32,000 nt of DNA, from the NCBI RefSeq assembly GCF_018687615.1, contig NZ_CP061299.1, positions 256,020-288,019 of the forward strand, read 5' to 3'. The notes under the pieces were generated by a model. That model saw only the letters and a list, made by a program, of their open reading frames with translations, did no database searches and had not been told where the DNA came from. The DNA comes from Polynucleobacter sp. MWH-CaK5 (GTDB taxonomy: Bacteria; Pseudomonadota; Gammaproteobacteria; Burkholderiales; Burkholderiaceae). Of the stretch, positions 10,110-18,009 are shown piece after piece (positions within the stretch are counted from its first letter, which is position 1; every line of letters starts with the position of its first letter). A program made the translations under genes and the position numbers.

Positions 10110-11410
10110 TATTTTGTACCTGGAATTAATTCAAGAATATCCTTTATGGGTAAAAGGTGTGCGTCAGCTTCTGCAGATCTTGCATTTGTTAAAATTAATT
10201 TTGCGGTATTAAGCATGGCCGGGTAGGCGCTGCGCAGTAAGTGATTTGCATAAATAACAATATTTGCACCATGAGAGGTTAGTTCGTCTTCTGTAACCAT
10301 GTTGTAGCTAGATGGAACAACAACTAAGGTTTTACGATTTGGCAATTGGTTATAGAGGTTGCAAAATTTAAAAATTTCATCGGGAGATGTTTTACGGCTG
10401 TGAATCATGATGCCATCTGCCCCAGCATCAAGGTAGGCCTTGGCTCGTATAAGAGCATCATCCATGCCCTTATCTAAAATCAAGCTTTCTATTCGGGCAA
10501 TAATCATGAATTCGTCTGTTGCCTGAGATTGTTTCCCTACGCGAATTTTTTCGCAAAAATTAGAGATTTCATCCTGCGTTTGAATTACATCGTTTCCAAA
10601 AAGTGAATTTTTTTTGAGACCAGTTTTATCTTCAATTATGATTGCCGAAATTCCTAATCGTTCCAGTGTGCGCACAGTAAAAATAAAATGCTCTGCTTGG
10701 CCGCCTGTGTCGCCATCGTAGATAATTGGTTTGGTTGTAACTTCTAAGACTTCGTTTAGAGTGCTTATGCGTGCGCTAAAATCCACAGCTTCTATATCTG
10801 GTTTACCTTTAGCCGTTGAGTCTGTTAGACTGCTGCCCCACATGCCATCAAATTCACGTATAGTTCCATCGGGCAATGTAATCGTTGTATTTTCGATAAT
10901 TAACCCAGTTAGCGCATTGTGTATATCAAGGAAACGTACTATTGGTTTAACTTGTAGGAGGCGTCTTAGGCGGTTGCGACGAATATCGGGAGTAGTCCCC
11001 ATTTCCTTTAGTGTTTTTTGAATTGCGGTTGACGAGATTCCATCTGTATATGGCACCTCAATTAATTCCCCACCCCATTCTGCCAGAGTGTCAATAACTC
11101 GTTGACGTGTTTCACGCTGAATACCTTCTTTCCAATCGTCACCGTGAACAACAAAATCTGGTTTGAGAAGGCGTAAATTTGCAGAATAATCTAGCGTGGA
11201 TTGAGTGATGACGTGACTAACACCTTTGATATTTTCAATGACCATCTTTCGTTGTTCAAATTTCATGAAGGGAAGGCGTTTATAGCTCGTAATTGCTGAG
11301 TCTGTTAGTAAGCCTACGGTTACTTCACCATATTGAGCAGCCACTTTAAGAATGTTTAGGTGGCCTGGATGAATAAGGTCTGCGCTCATGCCAACGTATA
11401 CTTTTTTCAT
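10109..11410 (-). CDS. pepM: Bifunctional cytidylyltransferase-phosphoenolpyruvate mutase fusion (Fom1/AepX-type architecture)
   Basis: The N-terminal ~130 aa carry cytidylyltransferase-family motifs ([15 protein letters not shown] with HxGH; [10 protein letters not shown] resembling RTxGISTT). The remainder is an isocitrate-lyase/PEP-mutase fold with the PepM-diagnostic EDKxxxxxNS motif ([16 protein letters not shown]). Confidence 0.88.
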   Translation of the reverse strand: MKKVYVGMSADLIHPGHLNILKVAAQYGEVTVGLLTDSAITSYKRLPFMKFEQRKMVIENIKGVSHVITQSTLDYSANLRLLKPDFVVHGDDWKEGIQRETRQRVIDTLAEWGGELIEVPYTDGISSTAIQKTLKEMGTTPDIRRNRLRRLLQVKPIVRFLDIHNALTGLIIENTTITLPDGTIREFDGMWGSSLTDSTAKGKPDIEAVDFSARISTLNEVLEVTTKPIIYDGDTGGQAEHFIFTVRTLERLGISAIIIEDKTGLKKNSLFGNDVIQTQDEISNFCEKIRVGKQSQATDEFMIIARIESLILDKGMDDALIRAKAYLDAGADGIMIHSRKTSPDEIFKFCNLYNQLPNRKTLVVVPSSYNMVTEDELTSHGANIVIYANHLLRSAYPAMLNTAKLILTNARSAEADAHLLPIKDILELIPGTK

Positions 11411-11659
11411 TGAGTTTTAATATTGAAGTTAATTTTTTGGTTTTAGGTGTGGGTGTGGGTGATAATTTCTATTATTTGGATAATATAAATATTTTTTCAT
11501 TTTAATGGTAATGCAATTTCACTTAATTGTTGTGATGCATAATGAGCCTTTAATTGCGTATTGCTAGAGTTGGTTTGTCATTGGATATATACGCAAATCA
11601 GCAAGCCATTTTCGCACGATTTTTTTGATAGGGCACGATAATTTACTGTTGGTTAAAAA
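11411..11659. promoter_or_regulatory. 249-bp AT-rich divergent intergenic region between pepM (-) and the ABC exporter operon (+); presumed bidirectional promoter/control region
   Basis: It is the only sizeable non-coding gap in the centre of the locus and is flanked by divergent start codons. I could not pin down well-spaced -35/-10 hexamers. The best weak candidate is TTGCTA at 11561-11566 followed about 18 nt later by ATATAT. Confidence 0.4.
11446..11461. repeat. Short tandem hexamer repeat (GGTGTG)x2 plus GGTG
   Basis: GGTGTGGGTGTGGGTG read directly. It lies 36-51 nt upstream of the pepM start codon, where it reads CACCCACACCCACACC on the pepM strand. It is a G/C-rich island in otherwise AT-rich spacer. 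Confidence 0.6.
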
Positions 11660-13465
11660 ATGCTGAATTTCAATAGAATTATAAAGTTACTAACTCTCAA
11701 GGAAAAGCTACAGGCTTTATTGTTACTTATCATGATTATTATCATGGCTTTTCTCGATGTTATAGGTGTTGCATCAATCATGCCATTCATGGCTGTACTA
11801 GCTAACCCAAAGATTATTGATTCAAACCAACTATTACAATTACTTTATAAATCCCTGGGGTATGAAACTGCTAGTGGTTTTTTATTTTTTCTGGGAGCGG
11901 CTGTTTTTTTATTAATGGTGGTGTCTTTGGTTTTTAAGATGTTTACTAATTATGCGTTGATTCGTTTTTCTTTAATGCGCGAACACACATTAGCCATTAG
12001 ATTAGTTAAGTTATATCTTAATCAGAGCTACGATTGGTTTTTATACAGAAATAGTGCCAATTTGGGAAATACAATTCTTTCGGAGCTCAATCAAGTTATT
12101 GGTGGCGCCTTTATTCCTTTGATGCAATTAATTTCAGGGCTAGCAGTTATCGCTGCTATGTTGTTATTTTTGATATTTATTGACCCCGTGCTTACTTTGA
12201 TGATATTTGCATTTATGGGGGGTGTTTACATCATTTTATATTGGCTGATATCTTCGTATTTGGCAAGAATTGGTGAAAGAAGGCTATTTGCTAATCAGCA
12301 GAGATTTGGAATACTAAGCGAGGCATTTGGTGGTATTAAAGATATTAAAGTTGCTAACTTGGAGATCGAGTATCTAAAGAGATTTACTGAGCCCTCAAAA
12401 ATTTATGCGAAGTATCAGTCAATTTCAGCACTTATTGGTCAATTGCCTAGATATTTTTTGGAGGTAATTGCCTTTGGAGGCATTTTATTAATAATACTTT
12501 TTCTTTTAAAAGAAACTGGGGATGTTGGTCAGGTGCTGCCGATTGCTACGTTATATGCTTTGGCTGGCTACAGGTTTATGCCGGCGCTTCAACAAATTTA
12601 TGCCGCCAGCACTAGCCTCAAATTTACAAGTGCTTCATTGGATGCTTTGTATAAAGATTTCCTTGAGGTCTCAAAAGTTGAAAGTTCAATTTTGGCGCCC
12701 AACTCTATATCTAGGTTAGTGTTTAAAACTAAAATTTCAATAAATAATGTGTCGTATCGCTACCCCCAAGCAAACAATTACGCTCTGTGTGATATGACAT
12801 TTGATATTTATGCTAATACAACAGTTGGTCTCGTTGGGGTTAGTGGTAGCGGTAAGTCAACTTCAGTGGATCTCATTATGGGTCTTTTGGAGCCTAGTTC
12901 TGGGTCTGTCTTAGTTGATGATGTAACACTTTCTAATCAAAATAAAGCATCATGGCAAAAATTGATCGGGTATGTTCCTCAGCAGATTTTCTTGGCTGAT
13001 GACAGTATTGCATCAAATATTGCATTTGGGGTAAGGTCTGACCTAATTGATATTGATCTTTTGGCTCAAGCAGCAAAAATGGCAAATCTACATGATTTTA
13101 TTATCAATGAGTTGCCTAATGGTTATGATACGTTTGTGGGTGAGAGGGGCGTTCGATTGTCGGGTGGTCAAAGGCAAAGAATAGGAATAGCAAGAGCACT
13201 TTATCGAAAGCCGAGTATTTTAATTTTGGATGAGGCAACTAGTGCGTTAGATAATTTAACTGAGCAAGCAGTCATGGATGCTGTTAATCAATTAAGTGGG
13301 CGATTAACTTTAATTTTAATTGCGCATCGGTTGTCGACCGTAGAGAAGTGTGATCAATTATTTGTGTTTGATCATGGAAAGATTGTTGCTCAAGGAAAAT
13401 TTCACGACTTAGTTGAGCAAAGTCAGTTATTCCGATCCATGGTCAATCGTCACGTGGAGATTTAA
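11660..13465 (+). CDS. Fused TMD-NBD ABC exporter (MsbA/PglK-like half transporter)
   Basis: N-terminal hydrophobic half with about 6 predicted TM segments. C-terminal NBD with Walker A GVSGSGKST, signature LSGGQRQR, Walker B ILILDEATSALD and H-loop IAHRL. Confidence 0.85.
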   Translation: MLNFNRIIKLLTLKEKLQALLLLIMIIIMAFLDVIGVASIMPFMAVLANPKIIDSNQLLQLLYKSLGYETASGFLFFLGAAVFLLMVVSLVFKMFTNYALIRFSLMREHTLAIRLVKLYLNQSYDWFLYRNSANLGNTILSELNQVIGGAFIPLMQLISGLAVIAAMLLFLIFIDPVLTLMIFAFMGGVYIILYWLISSYLARIGERRLFANQQRFGILSEAFGGIKDIKVANLEIEYLKRFTEPSKIYAKYQSISALIGQLPRYFLEVIAFGGILLIILFLLKETGDVGQVLPIATLYALAGYRFMPALQQIYAASTSLKFTSASLDALYKDFLEVSKVESSILAPNSISRLVFKTKISINNVSYRYPQANNYALCDMTFDIYANTTVGLVGVSGSGKSTSVDLIMGLLEPSSGSVLVDDVTLSNQNKASWQKLIGYVPQQIFLADDSIASNIAFGVRSDLIDIDLLAQAAKMANLHDFIINELPNGYDTFVGERGVRLSGGQRQRIGIARALYRKPSILILDEATSALDNLTEQAVMDAVNQLSGRLTLILIAHRLSTVEKCDQLFVFDHGKIVAQGKFHDLVEQSQLFRSMVNRHVEI

Positions 13466-13486
13466 ATCATTAAAAGCGAAGATGAC

Positions 13487-14281
13487 GTGATCAATTCAAG
13501 CGATATACCTATGTTGCGTATGAAGCAATTGCGTATGCTTGATGTTTTTGTTGATATTTGCAATAAGAACCATTTAAATTATTGGCTCGACTTTGGTACG
13601 TTATTAGGCGCTATAAGACATCAAGGTTTTATTCCTTGGGATGATGATGTAGACGTTTCTATGCCATTGAGTGACTATTATAGATTCATCGAGATTGCAG
13701 AAAAATATCTACCCGATGACATTTTCCTTCAAACACCACACACAGACCCAGGATTTAAGCAAGCATTCATTAAGCTACGTGATCATAATTCAACATTTAT
13801 CGAGTTTCATGAGACGGGGCTAATGCCCTACCATCAAGGTATTTTTATAGATATATTTCCATCATATGAATACTCCAAAATTCCCACGTTGCTGAGAAAA
13901 ATAATGCAACGCACTACGGTTTTTTCTCGTTACTTCTTATGCGTCACAAGAAAGAAGGTTTTTTTAAATTGGCCTCTATATCAATTTTGTAAATTATTTT
14001 GGTTTTTTGCTTCGTTATTTAAAAAGGTGGCATTTGGTCAAATTCCTGAAGATAATGGCTATATGTATGCTAGTCCGTTGACTAATTTGTATCCATTGGG
14101 CCAGTGTAATTTTGAAGGTAAAACATATAACTGCCCGGCTCTGCCTCATGAGCATTTGTCCGTTTTATATGGAAAGCATTACATGACTCCACCCAATGTC
14201 AGCAATCGAGTTCCTCATGCAAAGTTAATTCTACCTAATGAACCTTGCCCTCAGTCTAGATTAAAATTGAGCGTTAATTGA
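13487..14281 (+). CDS. licD: LicD-family phospho(no)transferase
   Basis: LicD hallmark block NYWLDFGTLLGAIRHQGFIPWDDDVDVSMP. The start is uncertain: GTG at 13487 or ATG at 13511 (MLRMKQLRMLDVF...). Confidence 0.8.
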   Translation: MINSSDIPMLRMKQLRMLDVFVDICNKNHLNYWLDFGTLLGAIRHQGFIPWDDDVDVSMPLSDYYRFIEIAEKYLPDDIFLQTPHTDPGFKQAFIKLRDHNSTFIEFHETGLMPYHQGIFIDIFPSYEYSKIPTLLRKIMQRTTVFSRYFLCVTRKKVFLNWPLYQFCKLFWFFASLFKKVAFGQIPEDNGYMYASPLTNLYPLGQCNFEGKTYNCPALPHEHLSVLYGKHYMTPPNVSNRVPHAKLILPNEPCPQSRLKLSVN

Positions 14282-15264
14282 GTGATAAAGTGAATCATTT
14301 TGCACCGGTAGCTGTATTTGTATACAACAGACTTCAAAATACAATTGAAGTTATTGAGGCTTTAAGAAAAAATCGTTTGGCCATGCAAACAGAGGTTTAT
14401 TTTTTTTCAGATGGCCCAAGACATAAAAAAGATGAATCTTCAGTTCAAGAAGTCAGAAATTATTTAAGATCGGTGAATGGTTTTAAAAAAATTCATCTAG
14501 TGGAGCGCGAACAAAATTACTATATTGAAAAAAACATAATTTTGGGTGTCACCTATGTTATTAATAAGCATGGGTCCATCATTGTTTTGGAAGATGATGG
14601 CGTGACTTCAGAAGACTTTTTAGAGTTTATGAATGGAGCCCTAGATTTTTATAAGACTTTTAAAAAGGTCATGCATGTTGCCACCTTTACCTTCATAAAT
14701 ATGCCAAATGGTTTTAATAAAACATTTTTTTGGCGCTACACTGAAAACACTGGCGGTGGTTGGGCAACTTGGAAAGATAGATGGGCTAAGTTTGAGTATT
14801 TTCAAACAAAAGAACAAGCATTGAGTTCAATGTCTGAGACTGAAAAGGACTGGGTTGAGATGTCTGGTGAATATAAGTGCTTAGATCTACTAAGGTTACA
14901 GCCTATACCTTGGGATTTGTGTTGGTATATTTCAGTTGCAAAAAATCAGGGCTTGGCAGTGCAAGCCCCCTGGGCCTTGACTGTTAATAATGGCCTTTAT
15001 AACGGCACCCATTTTAATTTCTTTAATAGATTATTAGGGCGCAGCCCATTTGAAACTAATTTATCAGCACCACGAAAAATCATTTTTAGTGAGGATGTGG
15101 TCGAAGATAAGTATGCTCTTGGCCAACTTATCAAGTTTTATAAAGAAATGCAGAGTAATAAAAGGGCTAAGGCAATACATTTTCTGCTGAGAATATTAAT
15201 CTATTTAAAAGTTACGAAAATAGTTAAGTTCATCTTGAAAATTTATAGAGGATCAGTCAGTTGA
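14278..15264 (+). CDS. GT-A fold glycosyltransferase, GNT-I (GT13)-like, EDD motif; paralog of 18010-18939
   Basis: VAVFVYNR..., YFFSDGPR, IVLEDDGV and GGGWATWKDRW align with the corresponding blocks of the 18010 ORF. TTG start overlaps the licD stop (TTGA). The family assignment is from memory of similar HlpA-like/GNT-I-like annotations. Confidence 0.5.
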   Translation: MSDKVNHFAPVAVFVYNRLQNTIEVIEALRKNRLAMQTEVYFFSDGPRHKKDESSVQEVRNYLRSVNGFKKIHLVEREQNYYIEKNIILGVTYVINKHGSIIVLEDDGVTSEDFLEFMNGALDFYKTFKKVMHVATFTFINMPNGFNKTFFWRYTENTGGGWATWKDRWAKFEYFQTKEQALSSMSETEKDWVEMSGEYKCLDLLRLQPIPWDLCWYISVAKNQGLAVQAPWALTVNNGLYNGTHFNFFNRLLGRSPFETNLSAPRKIIFSEDVVEDKYALGQLIKFYKEMQSNKRAKAIHFLLRILIYLKVTKIVKFILKIYRGSVS

Positions 15265-15986
15265 GATCATTCATACATGAATTAATTGACAGATATGATC
15301 CATCTAGAATATTTAGGCGATGGTTGACACGTAATTTCTTGAAGTCTAAATATCCATATCTCGTTTTAAATAAGCCCCATCCTATTAGTGAATGGTGTGG
15401 TTTTGACCGTGGCACACCAATGGATCGCTACTATATTGAATACTTTCTCGAGAGTCAGCAACAGTTGGTAAGGGGAGTATGTCTTGAGGTTTTAAATAAC
15501 ACTTATACGACTTATTATGGTGGTGATAATGTGCTAAGTTCTGATGTTTTAGATATTGATGCGTCTAATAGAAATGCAACGATAGTGGGTGATATTAGAC
15601 AGCTTGATGCTGTTGATGATGAAACGTTTGATTGCATCATACTTACCCAAGTTCTTCAATTTATCGATAATTTAGATGCGTCGATAAGTGAGTGCAATAG
15701 AGTTTTAAAGACAGGTGGTGTTTTGTTGGTTACTTTGCCCGCAATTGGTAGGGTTGATTCTATTTCTGGAGTCCATGGAGATTATTGGCGGTTTACTACT
15801 GCTTCTGCAAAGTATATATTTGAGAAAAAATTTTCTAGAGATAAAGTTTTAATTAAATCATTTGGCAATGTTCGTTCCGCAATGTTGTTTTACGCCGGTA
15901 TGGCTATTGAAGATATTTCAAAGAGTGTTTTAGATGTTGTGGATGAGAATTTCCCAATGATTATTGCTGTAAAGGCTATAAAGTGA
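15261..15986 (+). CDS. Class I SAM-dependent methyltransferase
   Basis: VCLEVLNNTYTTYYGG...DVLDID...ATIVGDIRQLD...FDCIILTQVLQFIDNL...VLKTGGVLLVTLP matches the layout of Methyltransf_11/23-like O-antigen-cluster methyltransferases. Motif I is degenerate. TTG start overlaps the upstream stop (TTGA). Confidence 0.62.
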   Translation: MRSFIHELIDRYDPSRIFRRWLTRNFLKSKYPYLVLNKPHPISEWCGFDRGTPMDRYYIEYFLESQQQLVRGVCLEVLNNTYTTYYGGDNVLSSDVLDIDASNRNATIVGDIRQLDAVDDETFDCIILTQVLQFIDNLDASISECNRVLKTGGVLLVTLPAIGRVDSISGVHGDYWRFTTASAKYIFEKKFSRDKVLIKSFGNVRSAMLFYAGMAIEDISKSVLDVVDENFPMIIAVKAIK

Positions 15987-16831
15987 AATTTTTATTGAAA
16001 GAATTATTTAAAAAAGTCCCATTTTTAATTTTTTTTTATAGACTTTTAAATAGGACAGCATATTTATTATTAGAATTGTGGAGGCTAATTGAATCTTGGT
16101 TGATAAAAAACACCCAGCCTTCTGCGATCATACTTTTATATCATCGTGTCGCTGAGGTTAAATCTGATCCTGCGAAGCTAGCAGTCACACCGATTTGTTT
16201 CGAACAGCACATAATTTTTTTGAAAAAAAATTATGAGGTCATTTCCTTAGAAGAGCTTATCGAAAGGTGTCAAAGTAACTCCTTAGTTGGCAAAGAGGCA
16301 GTTATTACTTTTGATGATGGTTACCAAGATAATTTAAATGTTGCTTTGCCTCTCCTTGAGAAGTACCAGGTACCTGCAACTATTTTTGTCACAACTGGAA
16401 TGATAGGAGAGGTTCCGAATTTTCAGTGGAGTGCTGATTGCTTATCTGAAGATCAGCCAAGATATTTAACGAGTGATGAACTTGTTTTTTTAGCTAATCA
16501 TCCTTTAATCAGCATAGGTGGCCATACCAAAAATCATGCCAGATTGTCCGACCTTAATTTTATTGATCAATACGATGAGATTTCCAGTAACAAAAAACAT
16601 CTTGAAGAAATCATTGGCAAAGATGTAAACCTCTTTGCATATCCATATGGCAGATTTTTTGATTATGATCACAATAGTGTGAGAATAGCGCGACAATTAA
16701 ATTTCATATGTTCTGCCGAAAATATGCCGGGTTTAATTACGTCTAAGTCTGACTTGTTTAGATTGCCTAGATTCAATGTCAGAAATTACACGATTGATGA
16801 ACTCTCTAGGCTGGTTTTTCATGAAAGATAA
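15983..16831 (+). CDS. Polysaccharide deacetylase (NodB homology / CE4 family) with N-terminal hydrophobic segment
   Basis: NodB motif 1 VITFDDGYQDN, motif GGHTKNHARL, and FAYPYG. GTG start overlaps the upstream stop (GTGA). Confidence 0.75.
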   Translation: MKFLLKELFKKVPFLIFFYRLLNRTAYLLLELWRLIESWLIKNTQPSAIILLYHRVAEVKSDPAKLAVTPICFEQHIIFLKKNYEVISLEELIERCQSNSLVGKEAVITFDDGYQDNLNVALPLLEKYQVPATIFVTTGMIGEVPNFQWSADCLSEDQPRYLTSDELVFLANHPLISIGGHTKNHARLSDLNFIDQYDEISSNKKHLEEIIGKDVNLFAYPYGRFFDYDHNSVRIARQLNFICSAENMPGLITSKSDLFRLPRFNVRNYTIDELSRLVFHER

Positions 16832-18005
16832 ATCTGGCATGATAAAACTATCAATAATAATTCCTTGCTTCAATAGTCAAAAAACATTGCTTGAGGCAGT
16901 TCAATCATGTTACATGCAAGGTTTTGATTTGCAAGATTTTGAGGTTGTTATTGTAGATGATGCATCCAGTGATGCAACAAAAGAAGTTATTGAGCAGCTA
17001 CTAGATCAGTACTCAAATGTAAAAGCTTATTTTCATGATCAAAATATGGGTGGAGGGGCGGCAAGAAATACTGCGGTCTCAAGGTCAGTGGCGCCGGTAA
17101 TATTTTGTTTGGATAGTGATGATATTTTACCTTCGGGAATGTTAAGAAAGATGTATGAGCATCTTCTGTCGAATAAATTGGACGGAATTTTATTTTCTGA
17201 GACAAGGTTCTTTGAAAAAAATATTAATGAAACTGAGGTGGTTTCCAATAAAGGAGTTGGTTCATTAATAACTTTTTGGGATTTATATGAAACGGGTTCT
17301 GGATTTTTAACCCAGGTTAATTTTATGTATACATCAAAGGCATTTGGTGTTCTAGGTGGTTATCCAGTTAGCCACGGTTTTGACACCCAAGGTTTTGGGT
17401 TTAATTTTTTAGCGCAGAATCTTAGAGTTGCAGTTTGTCCTGAAACTTATTATTTTCACAGACGACAGCAAGCAGGAAGTAAATCATATTATGAGCGTGA
17501 ATATGAGAAGGGGTTGCTTTCAATTAATACTTACCTTTGCATTGAAAAGGCGCTCAACAGATTTGATGAAAACTTGATTTCTTTGATATTAAATTATGAT
17601 ATTTTTAAAAAAAATACACATGGAACAAATGCTAATCTTCATGATGCGATTGCTTATAGTTACAGGAATCGGGGCTTCGCTATAGCTAAAAATAACGATA
17701 AACGTAATGTTAGAGAGATTTTTATTCAACTATGCAATTTTTTGGATGGCGAAGATTATTTGTCAGCCAATGAGAGCTATGTAAAGTGCTTGAGATTGCT
17801 GGGTGTTGTTACGCCAATCATGCTCTTTATGCAATTAAGAATTGCCTATGGCCTAATGGGTGTCGGACTCCAAAACAGAGATAAATTTGCAATTAAATAT
17901 TTGCTAGAGTTGAATGTTTTTCAGAAGAGAAGGATGAAGAGATTGCCGTCTTTTTTGATTAAGTTTAAGAATCTTTTAGTGCAATTTATTCCCAAAAATA
18001 TATAA
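16821..18005 (+). CDS. Family 2 glycosyltransferase with an extra C-terminal region of about 150 aa
   Basis: LSIIIPCFNSQKTL, VVIVDDASSDAT, DxD motif CLDSDDIL. I prefer the ATG at 16821 (or 16839) over the track's 16776, which would overlap the deacetylase by 56 nt. Confidence 0.8.
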   Translation: MKDKSGMIKLSIIIPCFNSQKTLLEAVQSCYMQGFDLQDFEVVIVDDASSDATKEVIEQLLDQYSNVKAYFHDQNMGGGAARNTAVSRSVAPVIFCLDSDDILPSGMLRKMYEHLLSNKLDGILFSETRFFEKNINETEVVSNKGVGSLITFWDLYETGSGFLTQVNFMYTSKAFGVLGGYPVSHGFDTQGFGFNFLAQNLRVAVCPETYYFHRRQQAGSKSYYEREYEKGLLSINTYLCIEKALNRFDENLISLILNYDIFKKNTHGTNANLHDAIAYSYRNRGFAIAKNNDKRNVREIFIQLCNFLDGEDYLSANESYVKCLRLLGVVTPIMLFMQLRIAYGLMGVGLQNRDKFAIKYLLELNVFQKRRMKRLPSFLIKFKNLLVQFIPKNI

Positions 18006-18009
18006 ATAT

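Noticed and set aside
7895-16000. Possibility that the phosphonate genes form a fosfomycin-like or other small-molecule antibiotic cluster.
   Set aside because: The window has no cobalamin/radical-SAM methyltransferase (Fom3-like), HppE-type epoxidase, kinase-type resistance gene or other small-molecule tailoring gene. The only methyltransferase is a class I SAM enzyme. The neighbours are LicD and glycosyltransferases, which points to glycan decoration. Export of a small phosphonate by the ABC protein remains a minor alternative.
16211-16234. Near-palindrome ATAA-T7-G-A8-TTAT inside the deacetylase gene.
   Set aside because: It is an A/T-only stem with negligible stability, is imperfect (T7 versus A8), lies within coding sequence (IIFLKKNY), and has no flanking context suggesting a binding site or terminator.
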